A stretch of 64,000 bases of DNA from Planktothrix sp. GU0601_MAG3 (lineage in GTDB: Bacteria > Cyanobacteriota > Cyanobacteriia > Cyanobacteriales > Microcoleaceae), in NCBI GenBank assembly GCA_035193785.1, contig CP136572.1, positions 1,568,001 through 1,632,000 on the forward strand, written 5' to 3'. Position 1 is the first letter of the stretch. Each line of letters begins with the position of its first letter. The position numbers and the translations under genes are program-made. The notes beneath the pieces are model-generated. The model saw nothing but the letters and a program-made list of their open reading frames with translations. It had not been told where the DNA came from and ran no database searches. This document shows positions 48,277 to 59,855 of this stretch, piece after piece.

Positions 48277-48432
48277 GATCAGTTCCTATATTTTTTTTAA
48301 CCCAAACACTCTATATTAACAACATTAGGGTGCGATCGCAAGTCCATGATCAACTTACCTCTATTTAGGATATTCGTAATCGCGTAGTACAATACAGACT
48401 AAGTTGGGTCATGATTCACCCCGGAGGCTGCG

Positions 48433-48672
48433 ATGCAGAGTATTCAGTTCAAAGGACACATTGGTGAGGATGGAATATTACGAGTACAAATGCCAGCAGA
48501 ATTTAAAGATAGAGACTTAGAAGCTATTGTGATCTTTCAAGCTAAGAGTGAAACCCCGAAACATGGAAATTGGCAACCAGGTTTTTTTGAGGAAGTAATT
48601 GGTGGCTGGATGGGTGAACAATTAGTCCGAGAAGATCAAGGACAATATGAAATGAGGGAGAATTTGTTTTGA
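48433..48672 (+). CDS. Antitoxin partner of VapC
   Basis: Small protein overlapping the PIN gene; WQPGFFEEVIGGW motif. Confidence 0.75.
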   Translation: MQSIQFKGHIGEDGILRVQMPAEFKDRDLEAIVIFQAKSETPKHGNWQPGFFEEVIGGWMGEQLVREDQGQYEMRENLF

Positions 48673-49070
48673 GTTACTTACTGGATACTAATGTTTGTAT
48701 TAAACTCCTGAATAATAGTCATCCAGCCGTAACTCGCCGATTAGCTTTGCAACAGCCAGGGGATATTTATTTGTGTACTGTTGTACAGTTTGAACTTTAT
48801 TATGGTGCATATCGAAGTAGCCAAATAGAGAGCAATTTAGCAATATTAAAACGTTTTTTTCAACAATTTGCCATTTTACCTTTGAGTGAAAAATCCGCCG
48901 CAATCGCTGGACAAATTCGCGCCCAATTGTCAGCTTTAGGAACACCGATTGGCCCCTATGATCTGCAAATTGCGGCGATCGCTTTAGCTAACAATTTAGT
49001 TCTAGCCACTCACAATACCACAGAATTTAGTCGAGTTCCCAACTTACAAATCGAAGATTGGGAACTTTGA
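48669..49070 (+). CDS. vapC: PIN-domain VapC toxin
   Basis: YLLDTNVCI, ELYYGA, IGPYDLQIAAIA and THNTTEFSRV motifs. Confidence 0.93.
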   Translation: MSYLLDTNVCIKLLNNSHPAVTRRLALQQPGDIYLCTVVQFELYYGAYRSSQIESNLAILKRFFQQFAILPLSEKSAAIAGQIRAQLSALGTPIGPYDLQIAAIALANNLVLATHNTTEFSRVPNLQIEDWEL

Positions 49071-49077
49071 TTTAGCC

Positions 49078-49851
49078 TTAAAATTTATCCTTCATACCGC
49101 GTAAACGAGCAAAGGTTTGGATCGGATCATGGCTATTTGTCGCCGTTTGTAGACTGGGAATATCCCAACGCAAAAAAGGATTAGTGCGTTTTTCTAAACC
49201 AATATTTGAAGGAATGGTGACTTGATTTTGACTGCGGGCTACGGTAACTTCTTGAAAACGATTTTGTAGGTCTTGATTATCAGCATCAACCGTCAAGGCA
49301 AATTTTAAGTTATTAAGAGTATATTCATGGGCGCACCAAACCCTAGTAGTTTCGGGGAGGTTACGAAATTGATTTAAAGATGTCAACATTTGTTGAGGAG
49401 TACCTTCAAATAAACGACCACAGCCCCCCGCAAATAGGGTATCTCCGCAGAATAAATCCCCTGGTTGATCGGGATATTGGGGCGGGAAATAATAGGCAAT
49501 ATGGGCTTTTGTATGACCGGGAACAAATAAAACCTGCCCGATTTGATCGCCAAATTGAACTTGATCACCCGGTTTTAAAAATACCATTTGACCGGGGATT
49601 CTACCTCGATCTTCCTCTCCGCCATAAACGGTAAGATGGGGATATTCTTTAATCAGTTGAGTATTTCCCCCAATATGATCGCTGTGATGGTGAGTGTTAA
49701 AAATTGCAACTAATTCGGCGTCTAATGTCTGTAAATGCTGTAAAACAGGATAGGCCTCTGCTGGGTCAACAACGGCGGCAATTTTTCGATCGGGATCATG
49801 CAGTAAAAAGATATAGTTATCAGAGAGGACTGGAATTAGTTGAATTTGCAT
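49078..49851 (-). CDS. gloB: Hydroxyacylglutathione hydrolase (glyoxalase II)
   Basis: [25 protein letters not shown] and AHEYT motifs. Confidence 0.96.
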   Translation of the reverse strand: MQIQLIPVLSDNYIFLLHDPDRKIAAVVDPAEAYPVLQHLQTLDAELVAIFNTHHHSDHIGGNTQLIKEYPHLTVYGGEEDRGRIPGQMVFLKPGDQVQFGDQIGQVLFVPGHTKAHIAYYFPPQYPDQPGDLFCGDTLFAGGCGRLFEGTPQQMLTSLNQFRNLPETTRVWCAHEYTLNNLKFALTVDADNQDLQNRFQEVTVARSQNQVTIPSNIGLEKRTNPFLRWDIPSLQTATNSHDPIQTFARLRGMKDKF

Positions 49852-49981
49852 TAAAAGCGATCTCCTGGGATTAGTTGATCAGGGTTTATAATAGTTGAGA
49901 CTTTGGTGGGTACAATTTGCTAGTTTAGCAAATTTTATCGCAAAATTAGTCAATAATTAAATTAGAGAGGTTAGGATTAAA

Positions 49982-50191
49982 ATGCTGTGGACACTTCCCA
50001 CTCGCTCTAAAATCTCAATTAGTCAAGTGACGGATCGGATTGTCAATTCTGGTCAACTGAGTCATGCTGATTATTTGAGATTAATGTCTGCTATTTTATC
50101 TGATAAAGATATTACCGAATCTGAACGTAACCAGGTTAATCGAGTATTTGATTATGTTCAGACGGGTCGTGTTAAATTTAATGATATGTGA
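49982..50191 (+). CDS. Small conserved cyanobacterial protein
   Basis: 69-aa ORF with an RBS-like AGGA; ERNQVNRVFDYVQTGRV motif. Confidence 0.6.
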   Translation: MLWTLPTRSKISISQVTDRIVNSGQLSHADYLRLMSAILSDKDITESERNQVNRVFDYVQTGRVKFNDM

Positions 50192-50221
50192 ACAGTAAAA
50201 ATTAATTAGGTAAAACCCGAT

Positions 50222-51429
50222 ATGAATTTTCCCGAAGTCAATAATTTAATTCCGGTTTCCAACCGGGCTATTACAGGTTCCTACCCAAGCCAGTATTTCC
50301 ACGGAAATTGGCGAATTTGCAGTTAGATTATCCTTGATTATTCCCACTTATAAAGAAAGTGAAAATGTTAGACCAATTGTCCAAAAACTAACTCAGTTAT
50401 TAGACGGATCAATTCCCAATGAATATGAGTTAATTATTGTTGATGATGACAGCCCGGATTTAACTTGGAAAGTCGCGGCAGAATTAATCCCAGAATTTCC
50501 CCAATTACGGGTGATGCGACGTCAGGAAGAACGGGGATTATCAACGGCGGTGATTAGGGGTTGGCAAGTGGCTAGAGGGGAAATTTTAGGGGTAATTGAT
50601 GCGGATTTACAACATCCTCCAGAGAGTTTATTGCAACTTTTAGGAGAAATAGAACGGGGTGCGGATTTAGCTGTTGGTAGTCGCCATGTTGAGGGGGGAG
50701 GCGTTAGTGATTGGAGTGTGATTCGGCGCTTTTTATCGAGGGGCGCACAGGTTTTAGGATTGATTATTTTACCCGGTGTTATTGGTAGAGTGTCTGATCC
50801 GATGAGTGGCTATTTTATGGTGAGAAGGGAAGCAATTGCTGGAAGAACTCTTGATCCCATTGGCTATAAAATCTTAATTGAAGTGTTAGGTAGAGGTCAA
50901 ATTCGTTGGGTAGGAGAAGTGGGTTATGTATTCCAAGAACGCTTAGAAGGAGAAAGCAAAGTTACTTGGAAACAATATATTGAATATTTACAACATTTAG
51001 TTAAATTGCGTTTAGCTAGATGGCCTGTAACCAGGTTTTTGCGGTTTGGAGTTGTGGGTTTTAGTGGGGTTTTTGTCGATATGGGAGTGTTTTATCTCCT
51101 CTATACTGTTCTTGGTTTAGGTTTAACCCGCAGTTTCCATATTCTCCGCAGAAGTAGCAATTTTTAATAATTTTCTCTGGAATGATATTTGGACATTTGG
51201 AGATATTTCTAGCCATCAAAAAGGCATGAGAAAACGATTTAAACGATTTTTGAAGTTTAACTTAATCTGTTTATCGGGGTTGATTTTAAATGTGTTACTG
51301 GTGAATCTCCTATTTAATGTGTTTGGAATGAATGCCTATTTAGCAAAGGTAATTGCGATCGCTATTGTCACTTTTTGGAATTTCTGGCTGAATTTAAAAT
51401 TGAGTTGGCGAGTAACGGAAGTTAAGTAA
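50222..51429 (+). CDS. GT2 polyprenol-phosphate glycosyltransferase fused to GtrA (apparent frameshifts at 50255-50259 and 51133-51137)
   Basis: IPTYKE, VDDDSPD, DADLQHPP and DPMSGY; C-terminal RFGVVG...WNFWLN GtrA pattern. Confidence 0.88.
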
Positions 51430-51480
51430 TTATGGGTTTTGGGATTATTTGGGGGAAGAAAAAGGATTATTTTTTAACCC

Positions 51481-52060
51481 CTATTTAATTATCCAATTCC
51501 CAGCCAGATCAAATAATCCTCCCAAGAAACAGGCGATCGCGACTACCACAAATAAACGCAACCAATAAAAGGAAATAAAACCCATTCCTAGCCATAAACC
51601 TGTTTCTAAGTTCATGTGAATTAGATAAATACCATAGGATGTGTCGCCAACCGGATTTAGCCAAGGTTTCAGACTAGGTAAATAATTGATAATTTGAAAT
51701 AGGGCAAAAAATTCTCCAATTCCTAGCAACAAATCAGCCGGAATTCTCCAAGCCATTAATCCTGATTCCGATCCCCAATCACAGGATTAAAAAACCCAGC
51801 CATCGCCGTTTAAATAGTAAATTTTGACTCCAGTTTAATAATTTATCTGATCCAGAATTTTGTTCTAATAATGCGATCGCCAAAACAATACCTAAGACAA
51901 ATTCAAATAACCGAGAGGGAAAAACAAAATAAAGTTGAACAATTAACCCGACATACCACCAAGCCCCATTTAAGAAGGTATAAAAGGGCATAATAAAATT
52001 TCTAAAAGTGGTTAAACTGGATAAAATAGTCGCCGCAATTGTTAACCCGCATTGACTCGA
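51481..52060 (-). pseudogene. Internally deleted acyltransferase-3 (OafA-like) remnant
   Basis: Motifs AWWYVGLIVQLYFVFP, RLFEFVLG and GDTSYGIYLIH are spliced together with the intervening helices missing. Confidence 0.7.
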
Positions 52061-52232
52061 AATTTCTTCACCAAAAGGAACCCATTCGGGGTTAATTAAG
52101 TATATTATACTTTTAGGCTAGGTAACAATTCACTCAGGCGAGTATAGGGTTTGGGGAGAGAAGTTGTTGTCATAAAAATATCTAACAGAAGTTAATAGAC
52201 TGATTTTACACGATTAATAATTAATCCCAAAA

Positions 52233-53894
52233 TTAAGATCGTTGATAAACATTAACAGTAAATTCATCTAAATCCATTGTACCTTGCAGCAACTGATTTT
52301 TTTGAAGTTGATATTCCGGTTTTAAAATATTTTGAATTGCCTCTCTTTCTGCCTCTGTTGTGGGTTCAGACCAAACAGGTTCAGCCGATTCTAACAATAT
52401 AATTCTACCATAGGTTGAAGGTTTAGGAGTTAAAGATTTTTGTAAAGCCGGAGCCAGTTTATTAGATTCCTGCGCTAGTAAAAATACAGGATATTCAGGG
52501 GAAATATAATAGGCTAAACGGTTAACATGACCCCAGGCTTTAGAATTCATCACAATTAATGTGGGAGTGGTCGGTTGAGTGGAAATAATATCAGAAAGTT
52601 GATGAAACATCTGTCGATTTCTGATGCTAAAATCGGCGATACTAATGGTTAGGTATAATCCTAATAATGCTGTTGCTGCCAAATTACGCCAGCGTCCGGC
52701 GGATTTTTCTATCCAGATTGTAATTAAGAGTAAACACCCGGGAAGAATAAAAATCAAGCTGCGTCCGGCTCCAAATCCTACGGTAAATTTACCACTTTTC
52801 ATGTCAATTAATAGAGCAAGTAACAGGGGGAAAAAGGCAAAAATTAAAGTTGTTATTAAGGCTTTTTTATCTTCTATTTTTCTAGCATAAATTGTAACAA
52901 AAATTAATCCAACTAGAACAATACATCCAGTAACTGTTATAATATTATCAGATAAACTCGTTGACCAATCTCCGATTAACAGTTGATTTCCCAAGGTATT
53001 AACAACATCTTTTAAATGTTGCAATAGGGTAGCTAAAAATCCAGTGGGACTGTTAAATCTTCCGAGATCGGCGTTTCGCAATTGTTGACGAGTTCCCCAT
53101 AAAACCCAAGGAATTGTGATTAAAACACCAGTTCCTAAACGGATAGCGTGTTGCCACCATTTTCGTCTATCAAGATACAAAACAACCACAGCTAATGTAA
53201 CTACCCAATAGGCGAATAAATAAAAGGTTAAACATCCTGCTGTTACGGAAATTATTAATAATAAATTCCATAATATTTTTTGAGGTAGAGTTGGATTTTT
53301 GTCGGTCTGATCAATTATTTTTAGTAATGACCAAGCACTTAAACTTGTCCAGAGCAATAGCGACGCATACATTCTTAAATTCAAAGAATGAAATAGATAA
53401 AAGGGATTTGTTGCCACTAATGCTGTTAATAAAAGTCCGCCTCGATGTCCTAAGTAAAAACGACCTAAGCCATAACTACAAACCATCGCAGCTAAACTAA
53501 TAATAACATTCAAACTACGGGTAGCAATTTCACTATTTCCCAACAGTCTTAACCAAAAATGTTGCGTTATAAAAAATAGAGGCGGATGGGGTTCTCCTCC
53601 AACAATTCCTCGCAGCAGACTTACTAGGGTTTTCAGAAGATCACTGAGATTAGACTCTGTGGGCAAATTGAGAAGTGGAGTATAATGGGCTAAAACTACC
53701 GGAATATCTTGGGGAGTAACATAGGCAATTTTTTGTCCGGTCGATAATAGGAGGGATAATACCTCGTCATACCAAAATTCACGGGTTCCTAAATTAAGAA
53801 TTCGTAAGAAAATACCTAAAAAAATTGCACTCAGGAGGAGAAATTCTAATGATGAAAATTTAGGCAAACTAAAACTTGATAACTTTTGAGTCAT
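52233..53894 (-). CDS. GT-C fold (GT39/ArnT-like) membrane glycosyltransferase
   Basis: FWYDE, HPPLFF, RSL and RMY motifs; multiple TM helices. Confidence 0.85.
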   Translation of the reverse strand: MTQKLSSFSLPKFSSLEFLLLSAIFLGIFLRILNLGTREFWYDEVLSLLLSTGQKIAYVTPQDIPVVLAHYTPLLNLPTESNLSDLLKTLVSLLRGIVGGEPHPPLFFITQHFWLRLLGNSEIATRSLNVIISLAAMVCSYGLGRFYLGHRGGLLLTALVATNPFYLFHSLNLRMYASLLLWTSLSAWSLLKIIDQTDKNPTLPQKILWNLLLIISVTAGCLTFYLFAYWVVTLAVVVLYLDRRKWWQHAIRLGTGVLITIPWVLWGTRQQLRNADLGRFNSPTGFLATLLQHLKDVVNTLGNQLLIGDWSTSLSDNIITVTGCIVLVGLIFVTIYARKIEDKKALITTLIFAFFPLLLALLIDMKSGKFTVGFGAGRSLIFILPGCLLLITIWIEKSAGRWRNLAATALLGLYLTISIADFSIRNRQMFHQLSDIISTQPTTPTLIVMNSKAWGHVNRLAYYISPEYPVFLLAQESNKLAPALQKSLTPKPSTYGRIILLESAEPVWSEPTTEAEREAIQNILKPEYQLQKNQLLQGTMDLDEFTVNVYQRS

Positions 53895-53949
53895 AAATTC
53901 TAAAACCGAAAATAAAGAGTCATTATTGTATTAAGAGTTTTGAGCAGCT

Positions 53950-55339
53950 ATGAACCAGTTATATAATATGAAACTAATTTCCACAACAAGTTGGTATTTG
54001 CCTGATTCCTCTGGAGGAGTTGAAGTTTACCTTGATGGCTTAATTCAAGGGCTACGACCCCATGGCATTGAAACTCAGGTGGCTGTGTCCGATTTTTCGG
54101 AGACCCAGGAAAGAAACTATCAGTATCAAGGAGTTAATGTTTATCGCTATCCCGTAGCTCCTTGTCCTAACCTCTCTCAAGAAAAACAACAACTTCCACC
54201 CTTGGGTTTTTCTCAGTTCGCTGATTGGTTATCTAGCCAAAGCGTGGATATTTATCATCAACATTCCTGGCGATATGGCTGTGGTTTGCATCATCTTCGT
54301 CTGGCTCGTCAATTGGGACTACCTACCATCGTCACCATTCATATGCCAGAAGCCGTGTGTCTCAGAGGAAACCATGATGCACCAAGAACAACATCCTTGT
54401 GATGGTTATATTGATCCCGTGCGTTGTGGACGCTGTTACGGTGTTCCCAAACGAGTCCCGGCTCCCATCATCCGAGGAATGAGTCAACTCCCAGCCTCAA
54501 TAGGTCTGCCCGTTGCCGCCAAACTCACTTCCGCCCCCGATGTCAGAATCCGACAGTTAGGCAGAACAATAGCCATTCCTCTGAGCGTTAAAATTCATCG
54601 GCAGTCTCTCTTAGAAATGGCTAATTTAGCAGATCGAATCGTGGCGGTCTGTCAATGGCTTTATGATGCCTTTTTGCTCAATGGTGTTCCTCCCGAAAAA
54701 TTAGTATTATGTCGTCAGGGTGTGAGCTATTCTAGTGCAGAAAAAAAACAATTTCAGCAGCAATCTCCGCTCAAAATTGGATTTTTAGGACGATGGCAAG
54801 AAACGAAAGGTATCCAAATTCTAGTAGAAGCCATCCACCGCTTAGATCCAGATATTCCCGTTGAACTGACCATTCATGGAATGTTGCATGGAGAGGCTGG
54901 TAAAATCAATCGGGAACGAGTCTTAGCTATAGCTGAACAAGATTCTCGAATTCGAGTGGCTCAAAAGCTCTCCAGGGAAGAAGTTCCTCAACATTTAGCT
55001 GGGTTTGATATACTAGCTGTACCTTCCCAATGGTTGGAAACAGGCCCACTGGTGGTTCTGGAAGCCTATGCGGTAGGTACACCCGTTATCGGTTCCCATT
55101 TGGGGGGCATTGCAGAATTGGTTCGTCACGGTGTTGATGGATGGCTTGTCTCTACACCCACGGAAGTCTCGGCTTGGACAGAAGCCATTGCCTATTTAGC
55201 GACTCATCGCGATTTAATTCGTCAATTCCATCAGAATATCTTACCAGTGAGAACTATGCAAAATGTTGCCGATGAAATGGCTGGTTTGTATCAAGAGATT
55301 CTGAATCAGCGAAGTATTGATCCCCTACCTCGAAGCTAA
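53950..55339 (+). CDS. GT4 glycosyltransferase (apparent frameshift at 54368-54372)
   Basis: GGVEVY, GFLGR..KG and PSQWLETGPLVVLEA motifs. Confidence 0.9.
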
Positions 55340-55340
55340 A

Positions 55341-56507
55341 ATGCCAAGAATTTCTATCGTATCGCCAACCCTATCCAAAGGTGGTCTTGATCGCGCCTAT
55401 GTCATTGCCCAAGCTTTACAAACATTAAATTATGATGTAGAAATCCTCGGATTTTTATTTCCAGGTGATCAAATTTATCCCGCCCCTCCTCCCAAATTGC
55501 AGGTTGAGTCAGTGCCAGGAGGAATTTATCCTCAATTATTTGGCAATGTCAAACAGCTTTTAGACAAAATTAATGGGGATATTATCTATGCGGTTAAACC
55601 TAAACCTACCAGTTTTGGCATAGCCCTGTTGAAAAGGTTTTTCCACCAAAAACCCGTGATCCTGGATATTGATGACTGGGAACTTAGTTGGCATGGGGGT
55701 GACCAGTGGCAGTATCGTCCCTCCCTTAAACAGTTTTACCGAGATTTATTCAAACCCAACGGTCAGTTAAGATATTCCGATCACCCCCAGTATCTTAAAT
55801 GGATGGAGCGTTTGGTGCCCCAGGCAAATGCTGTGACGGTTGACACTCAGTTTTTGCAACAAAGATTCGGTGGGGTTTATCTTCCCAATGGCAAAGATAC
55901 CGAACTGTTTGACCCTCAACGGTATGATCCGCAAACCAGTCGGGAACGTTATGGCTTAGATGGATATCGGATTTTAATGTTTCCCGGTGCGCCCCGACCC
56001 CATAAAGGCGTGGAAGATGTACTCGTCGCCCTTGAACAGTTGAATATCCCTGATTTACGGCTTGTTCTAGTGGGAGATAGTCCCTATGATGATTATGACC
56101 AACAACTGATGCAAAAATGGGGTCGCTGGATTATTCAACTCCCACGCTCTCCTGTCGAAGCCATGCCAGAAATTGTGGCGGCAGCCCATCTGGTGATAGT
56201 TCCTCAACGAAATACACTGACAGCGCAAGCTCAATTTCCCCTGAAGCTAACCGATGGTATGGCAATGGCTAAACCTATTTTATCTACTCGGGTCGGAGAT
56301 ATTCCAGAAATTTTGGGTGAAGCGGGTTATTTAGTCGATCCGGGTTCTCCCGAACAAATTGCCCGAATTTTACCTGTTATATTTGATGATATAGAAAGGG
56401 CTAATCAGAAAGGTCAGGAGGCTAGAAAGCGATGTATTGAATACTATAGTGTCAAGACCATGGCAGCGATTCTGGCTGAGGTAATGGAGCCTTTACTATT
56501 ATCCTAA
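55341..56507 (+). CDS. GT4 glycosyltransferase
   Basis: PRPHKGVED and FPLKLTDGMAMAKPILSTRVGDIPE motifs. Confidence 0.9.
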   Translation: MPRISIVSPTLSKGGLDRAYVIAQALQTLNYDVEILGFLFPGDQIYPAPPPKLQVESVPGGIYPQLFGNVKQLLDKINGDIIYAVKPKPTSFGIALLKRFFHQKPVILDIDDWELSWHGGDQWQYRPSLKQFYRDLFKPNGQLRYSDHPQYLKWMERLVPQANAVTVDTQFLQQRFGGVYLPNGKDTELFDPQRYDPQTSRERYGLDGYRILMFPGAPRPHKGVEDVLVALEQLNIPDLRLVLVGDSPYDDYDQQLMQKWGRWIIQLPRSPVEAMPEIVAAAHLVIVPQRNTLTAQAQFPLKLTDGMAMAKPILSTRVGDIPEILGEAGYLVDPGSPEQIARILPVIFDDIERANQKGQEARKRCIEYYSVKTMAAILAEVMEPLLLS

Positions 56508-56593
56508 ACAGTAAGGTGAACCAAAGGACTTCGAGGGATTGCCTCTGATCCCGCTCACAATATTATCCCGATATTCATTATACCAGTTCCAAA

Positions 56594-58601
56594 ATGTCTG
56601 CAACTCGATTTCTCTTTCAGTATGCCAAACGGTATCCTGTCAAAATGATTCTGACCGTTGTTTTAGGATTTTCCGGCGCGATCTTTAGTGGGGTGGGTAC
56701 AACTTTAATTGTACCCGTTATTTTGAATTTATTGGGACAATCCATTGAACTCCAAGGCGCACCTCCAATTATTCAAAAACTGCTTTCTCCCTTTGGCAAT
56801 ATTCCTGAATCTTACCGATTAGGATTGATGGCAGGTGCTATTATTTTCACCCTGGTTTTAAAAAATCTTACCACCTATCTTAATACTCTGATTGCGGCAT
56901 CTTTGAGCCGAAGATTAACCTGTGATATTCGAGAAGCCGGGATTCAGTTATTATTAGACGTTGATATAGATTTTTACTCTAAAACGAAAGTTGGAGATTT
57001 AATTAACCGTTTAGGAGAAGAAACACGCCGAACTTCAAGCGCGATTAGTTTGTATATAGGACTGTTTACAACGGGAATCACGGTTTTTACATTCTTAACC
57101 TTATTATTGTCTATTTCTTGGCAACTTACTTTAGCAACCACTTTAGTTTTGGCTGTGGTGATTGGGATCAATCAGTCCATTATTAGTCGCTCTAAAAAAT
57201 ATGGTTCGGTATTATCAAAAGCTTCGAGAAATTATTCTGTTCAATTAATGGAAATTTTGAATGGAGTCCGCCAGGTCAAAGCCAATGGCAATGAACAAGC
57301 GGAATATGAAAATCTTAGGCTATTAAGTCAGAAAAGAGAAAAAGCGGAATTTCAATCCCTGGTTAATTCATCAGCGATCGCCCCGATCAATGAAGTAGTT
57401 AATATGATAGTAATTTTATTGCTAGTAGTTTTGGGGCGAACCTTTTTAGCCTCTGAACAAATTCAATCTTTAACAACTATTTTGCTAACATATCTATTTT
57501 TATTATTCCGCACCTTGCCCTTAATTTCTACCTTAAATAACTTGAGGAGTAATTTGGCTCAAAATATGCCATCGGTATTAGTAATCCAGGAATTCTTGCG
57601 CCGAGACAATAAACCTTTCATGAATAATGGTTCTCTCCCCTATCCGGGGTTACAACGAGAAATTCATTTTGATCATCTTTCTTTTGGTTATCCGGGTAAT
57701 GATAAATTAGTTTTGAAAGATATTGATCTGCACCTTCCTCGCGGAACAACTTTAGCCTTAGTTGGGGGTTCAGGAGCCGGAAAATCAACCTTAGCTGATT
57801 TATTAACCAGATTTTTTGATCCCGTGGCTGGAGCCATTAAAATTGATGATCACGATTTACGCGACTTTGATTTTAAAAGTCTCCGACGAGCAATGGGAAT
57901 TGTCAGTCAAGACACCTTTTTATTTAATACCTCGGTTCAAAATAATATCGCTTATGCCAAACCTGATGCAACACAGGAAGAAATTTTTAATGCCGCTAAA
58001 CGTGCCAATGCTTATGAATTTATTATTACATTACCTCAAGGCTTTGATACTCAAATTGGTGATCGCGGTGTTTTATTATCAGGAGGTCAGCGTCAGCGAC
58101 TTTCGATTGCCAGAGCATTATTACAAAACCCAGAAATTTTAATTTTAGATGAGGCTACCAGTGCCTTGGACACCGTATCAGAACGGTTAGTTTCAAGAAG
58201 CTATTGATCAACTCAGTCGCAACCGCACCACTTTAGTCATTGCTCACCGCCTTTCTACGATTCAAAAAGCACATCAAATTGCTGTGTTAGACCAAGGACA
58301 AGTGGTAGAAGTGGGAACCCACAATGAATTATTAGCAAAAGGCGGTCAGTATGCAAAACTTTATTCCTTGCAGTTTGCTGATGAAGTGAGTCGCGATGCA
58401 GCTTTAATTAAAAGTTCCTATGAAGTCCGATCTCGTCTCAATCCGATGATTGGATGTTTACGATTATTACTTGATGAAATGGTTGATACTCCAGAGGAAA
58501 AAGAGGAACTAATTATGGAGTCTTATAAATCAGCAACGAGTATCCTAGAAAATTTGGAATTTATTGAAAAATGCGTTAAGCTAAGACTGAAAAACTATTA
58601 A
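56594..58601 (+). CDS. ABC exporter (MsbA/HepA-like, fused TMD-NBD) with a HisKA-like tail (apparent frameshift at 58190-58194)
   Basis: [27 protein letters not shown] and IAHRLST motifs. Confidence 0.92.
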
Positions 58602-58629
58602 GTCATAAATTCAATTGGAGAATCGAAAA

Positions 58630-59595
58630 ATGGCTCGAAAAATCATTGGGATGATCACTTCCTATCCCGGCGTTGAACAGTGCGATTGGAGTTGGCATCA
58701 AAGCCCTAATAGTTTTGGAGTTTGGAATAATATTCAAGTCATGGCTAAACACCCTGATCCTGACTTTCTCCTTCTCTATAACTTTGCTCAACTTCCTCCT
58801 CGGAAACATAATAAATTGATATTTAAAAATATTAACTACCCCGAAAAATTAGAGGAATACCAACGAAATTTAGAGCAAAAATTTAGAGGAGTTCCCAAGG
58901 AACGTCGCATTTTCCTCTGGCGTGAACCTCCCTTAGAGTATCTCAATAATTATAATCGTACTTGTTATCAATGGGCGCAAGAATATTGTGGATATGTTTC
59001 GGCAGCCGATGACGCGGCTCCGATTTCTGAATATATGCCCGCAATTTGGTATCATCTAAATACATTTCGTGATTTTAATGAGTTACCCCCCCCTGAAAAA
59101 ATCAAACTTTGTAGTTGGATTACATCTGGGATATCTCGTTCAGAAAATCATCTCAAACGATTAGAATTTTTGCGTTTAATTCAATCGAGTGGGTCAGAGA
59201 TTGATTACTATGGCCGTAATATGCCAGATTGGTCTAGGTCATCCGGTTATGTAGCTAATAAATGGTATGGTATGGCACCCTATTATTATAATTTAACAAT
59301 TGAAAACTTCGCTGATAATGATTGGTATTTAAGCGAAAAAATGTGGGATGCTTTATTAGCTTGGTGTCTTCCCATTTACTACGGTGGAACGGCGGCAGAT
59401 AAAGTTTTACCTCCTGGAAGTTTCCTAAGAATACCCAGTTTAGATGAAAAAGGGATTGCTTATATTAAGGAAATTATTGCTACACCAGATGCTTGGCATC
59501 AAGCTAAAAACGCGATCGCAGAAGCCCGACAGCTTGTTTTACATAAACTGAATTTGGTGAATTGGTTATCTGAATATGTGGAAAAGTGCAGCTAA
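58630..59595 (+). CDS. GT10-like glycosyltransferase
   Basis: EPP, YYYNLTIEN, YLSEKMWDA and LPIYYG motifs. Confidence 0.75.
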   Translation: MARKIIGMITSYPGVEQCDWSWHQSPNSFGVWNNIQVMAKHPDPDFLLLYNFAQLPPRKHNKLIFKNINYPEKLEEYQRNLEQKFRGVPKERRIFLWREPPLEYLNNYNRTCYQWAQEYCGYVSAADDAAPISEYMPAIWYHLNTFRDFNELPPPEKIKLCSWITSGISRSENHLKRLEFLRLIQSSGSEIDYYGRNMPDWSRSSGYVANKWYGMAPYYYNLTIENFADNDWYLSEKMWDALLAWCLPIYYGGTAADKVLPPGSFLRIPSLDEKGIAYIKEIIATPDAWHQAKNAIAEARQLVLHKLNLVNWLSEYVEKCS

Positions 59596-59855
59596 CTGAG
59601 TAAAAAATCTTCTCCACGCATTGCTTAATTTTAAAATCAGGGTTTACTTTTCAAATTACTGATATGAAATCACTAAAAAAAATCAGCGATCACGAGACAG
59701 TCCAAATATTGCTAGAATAGCCCGGGAAGTTGGATTACGCAGCCCCATAAATTTACCTCAGAAACAGTTATCTTTGATTTTAATAGGTTCTTCAGGTATT
59801 GACCAACTTCCCGCAAAAAGGTTCAATCTCAATCTTTAGATTGCTGACTAAACCC

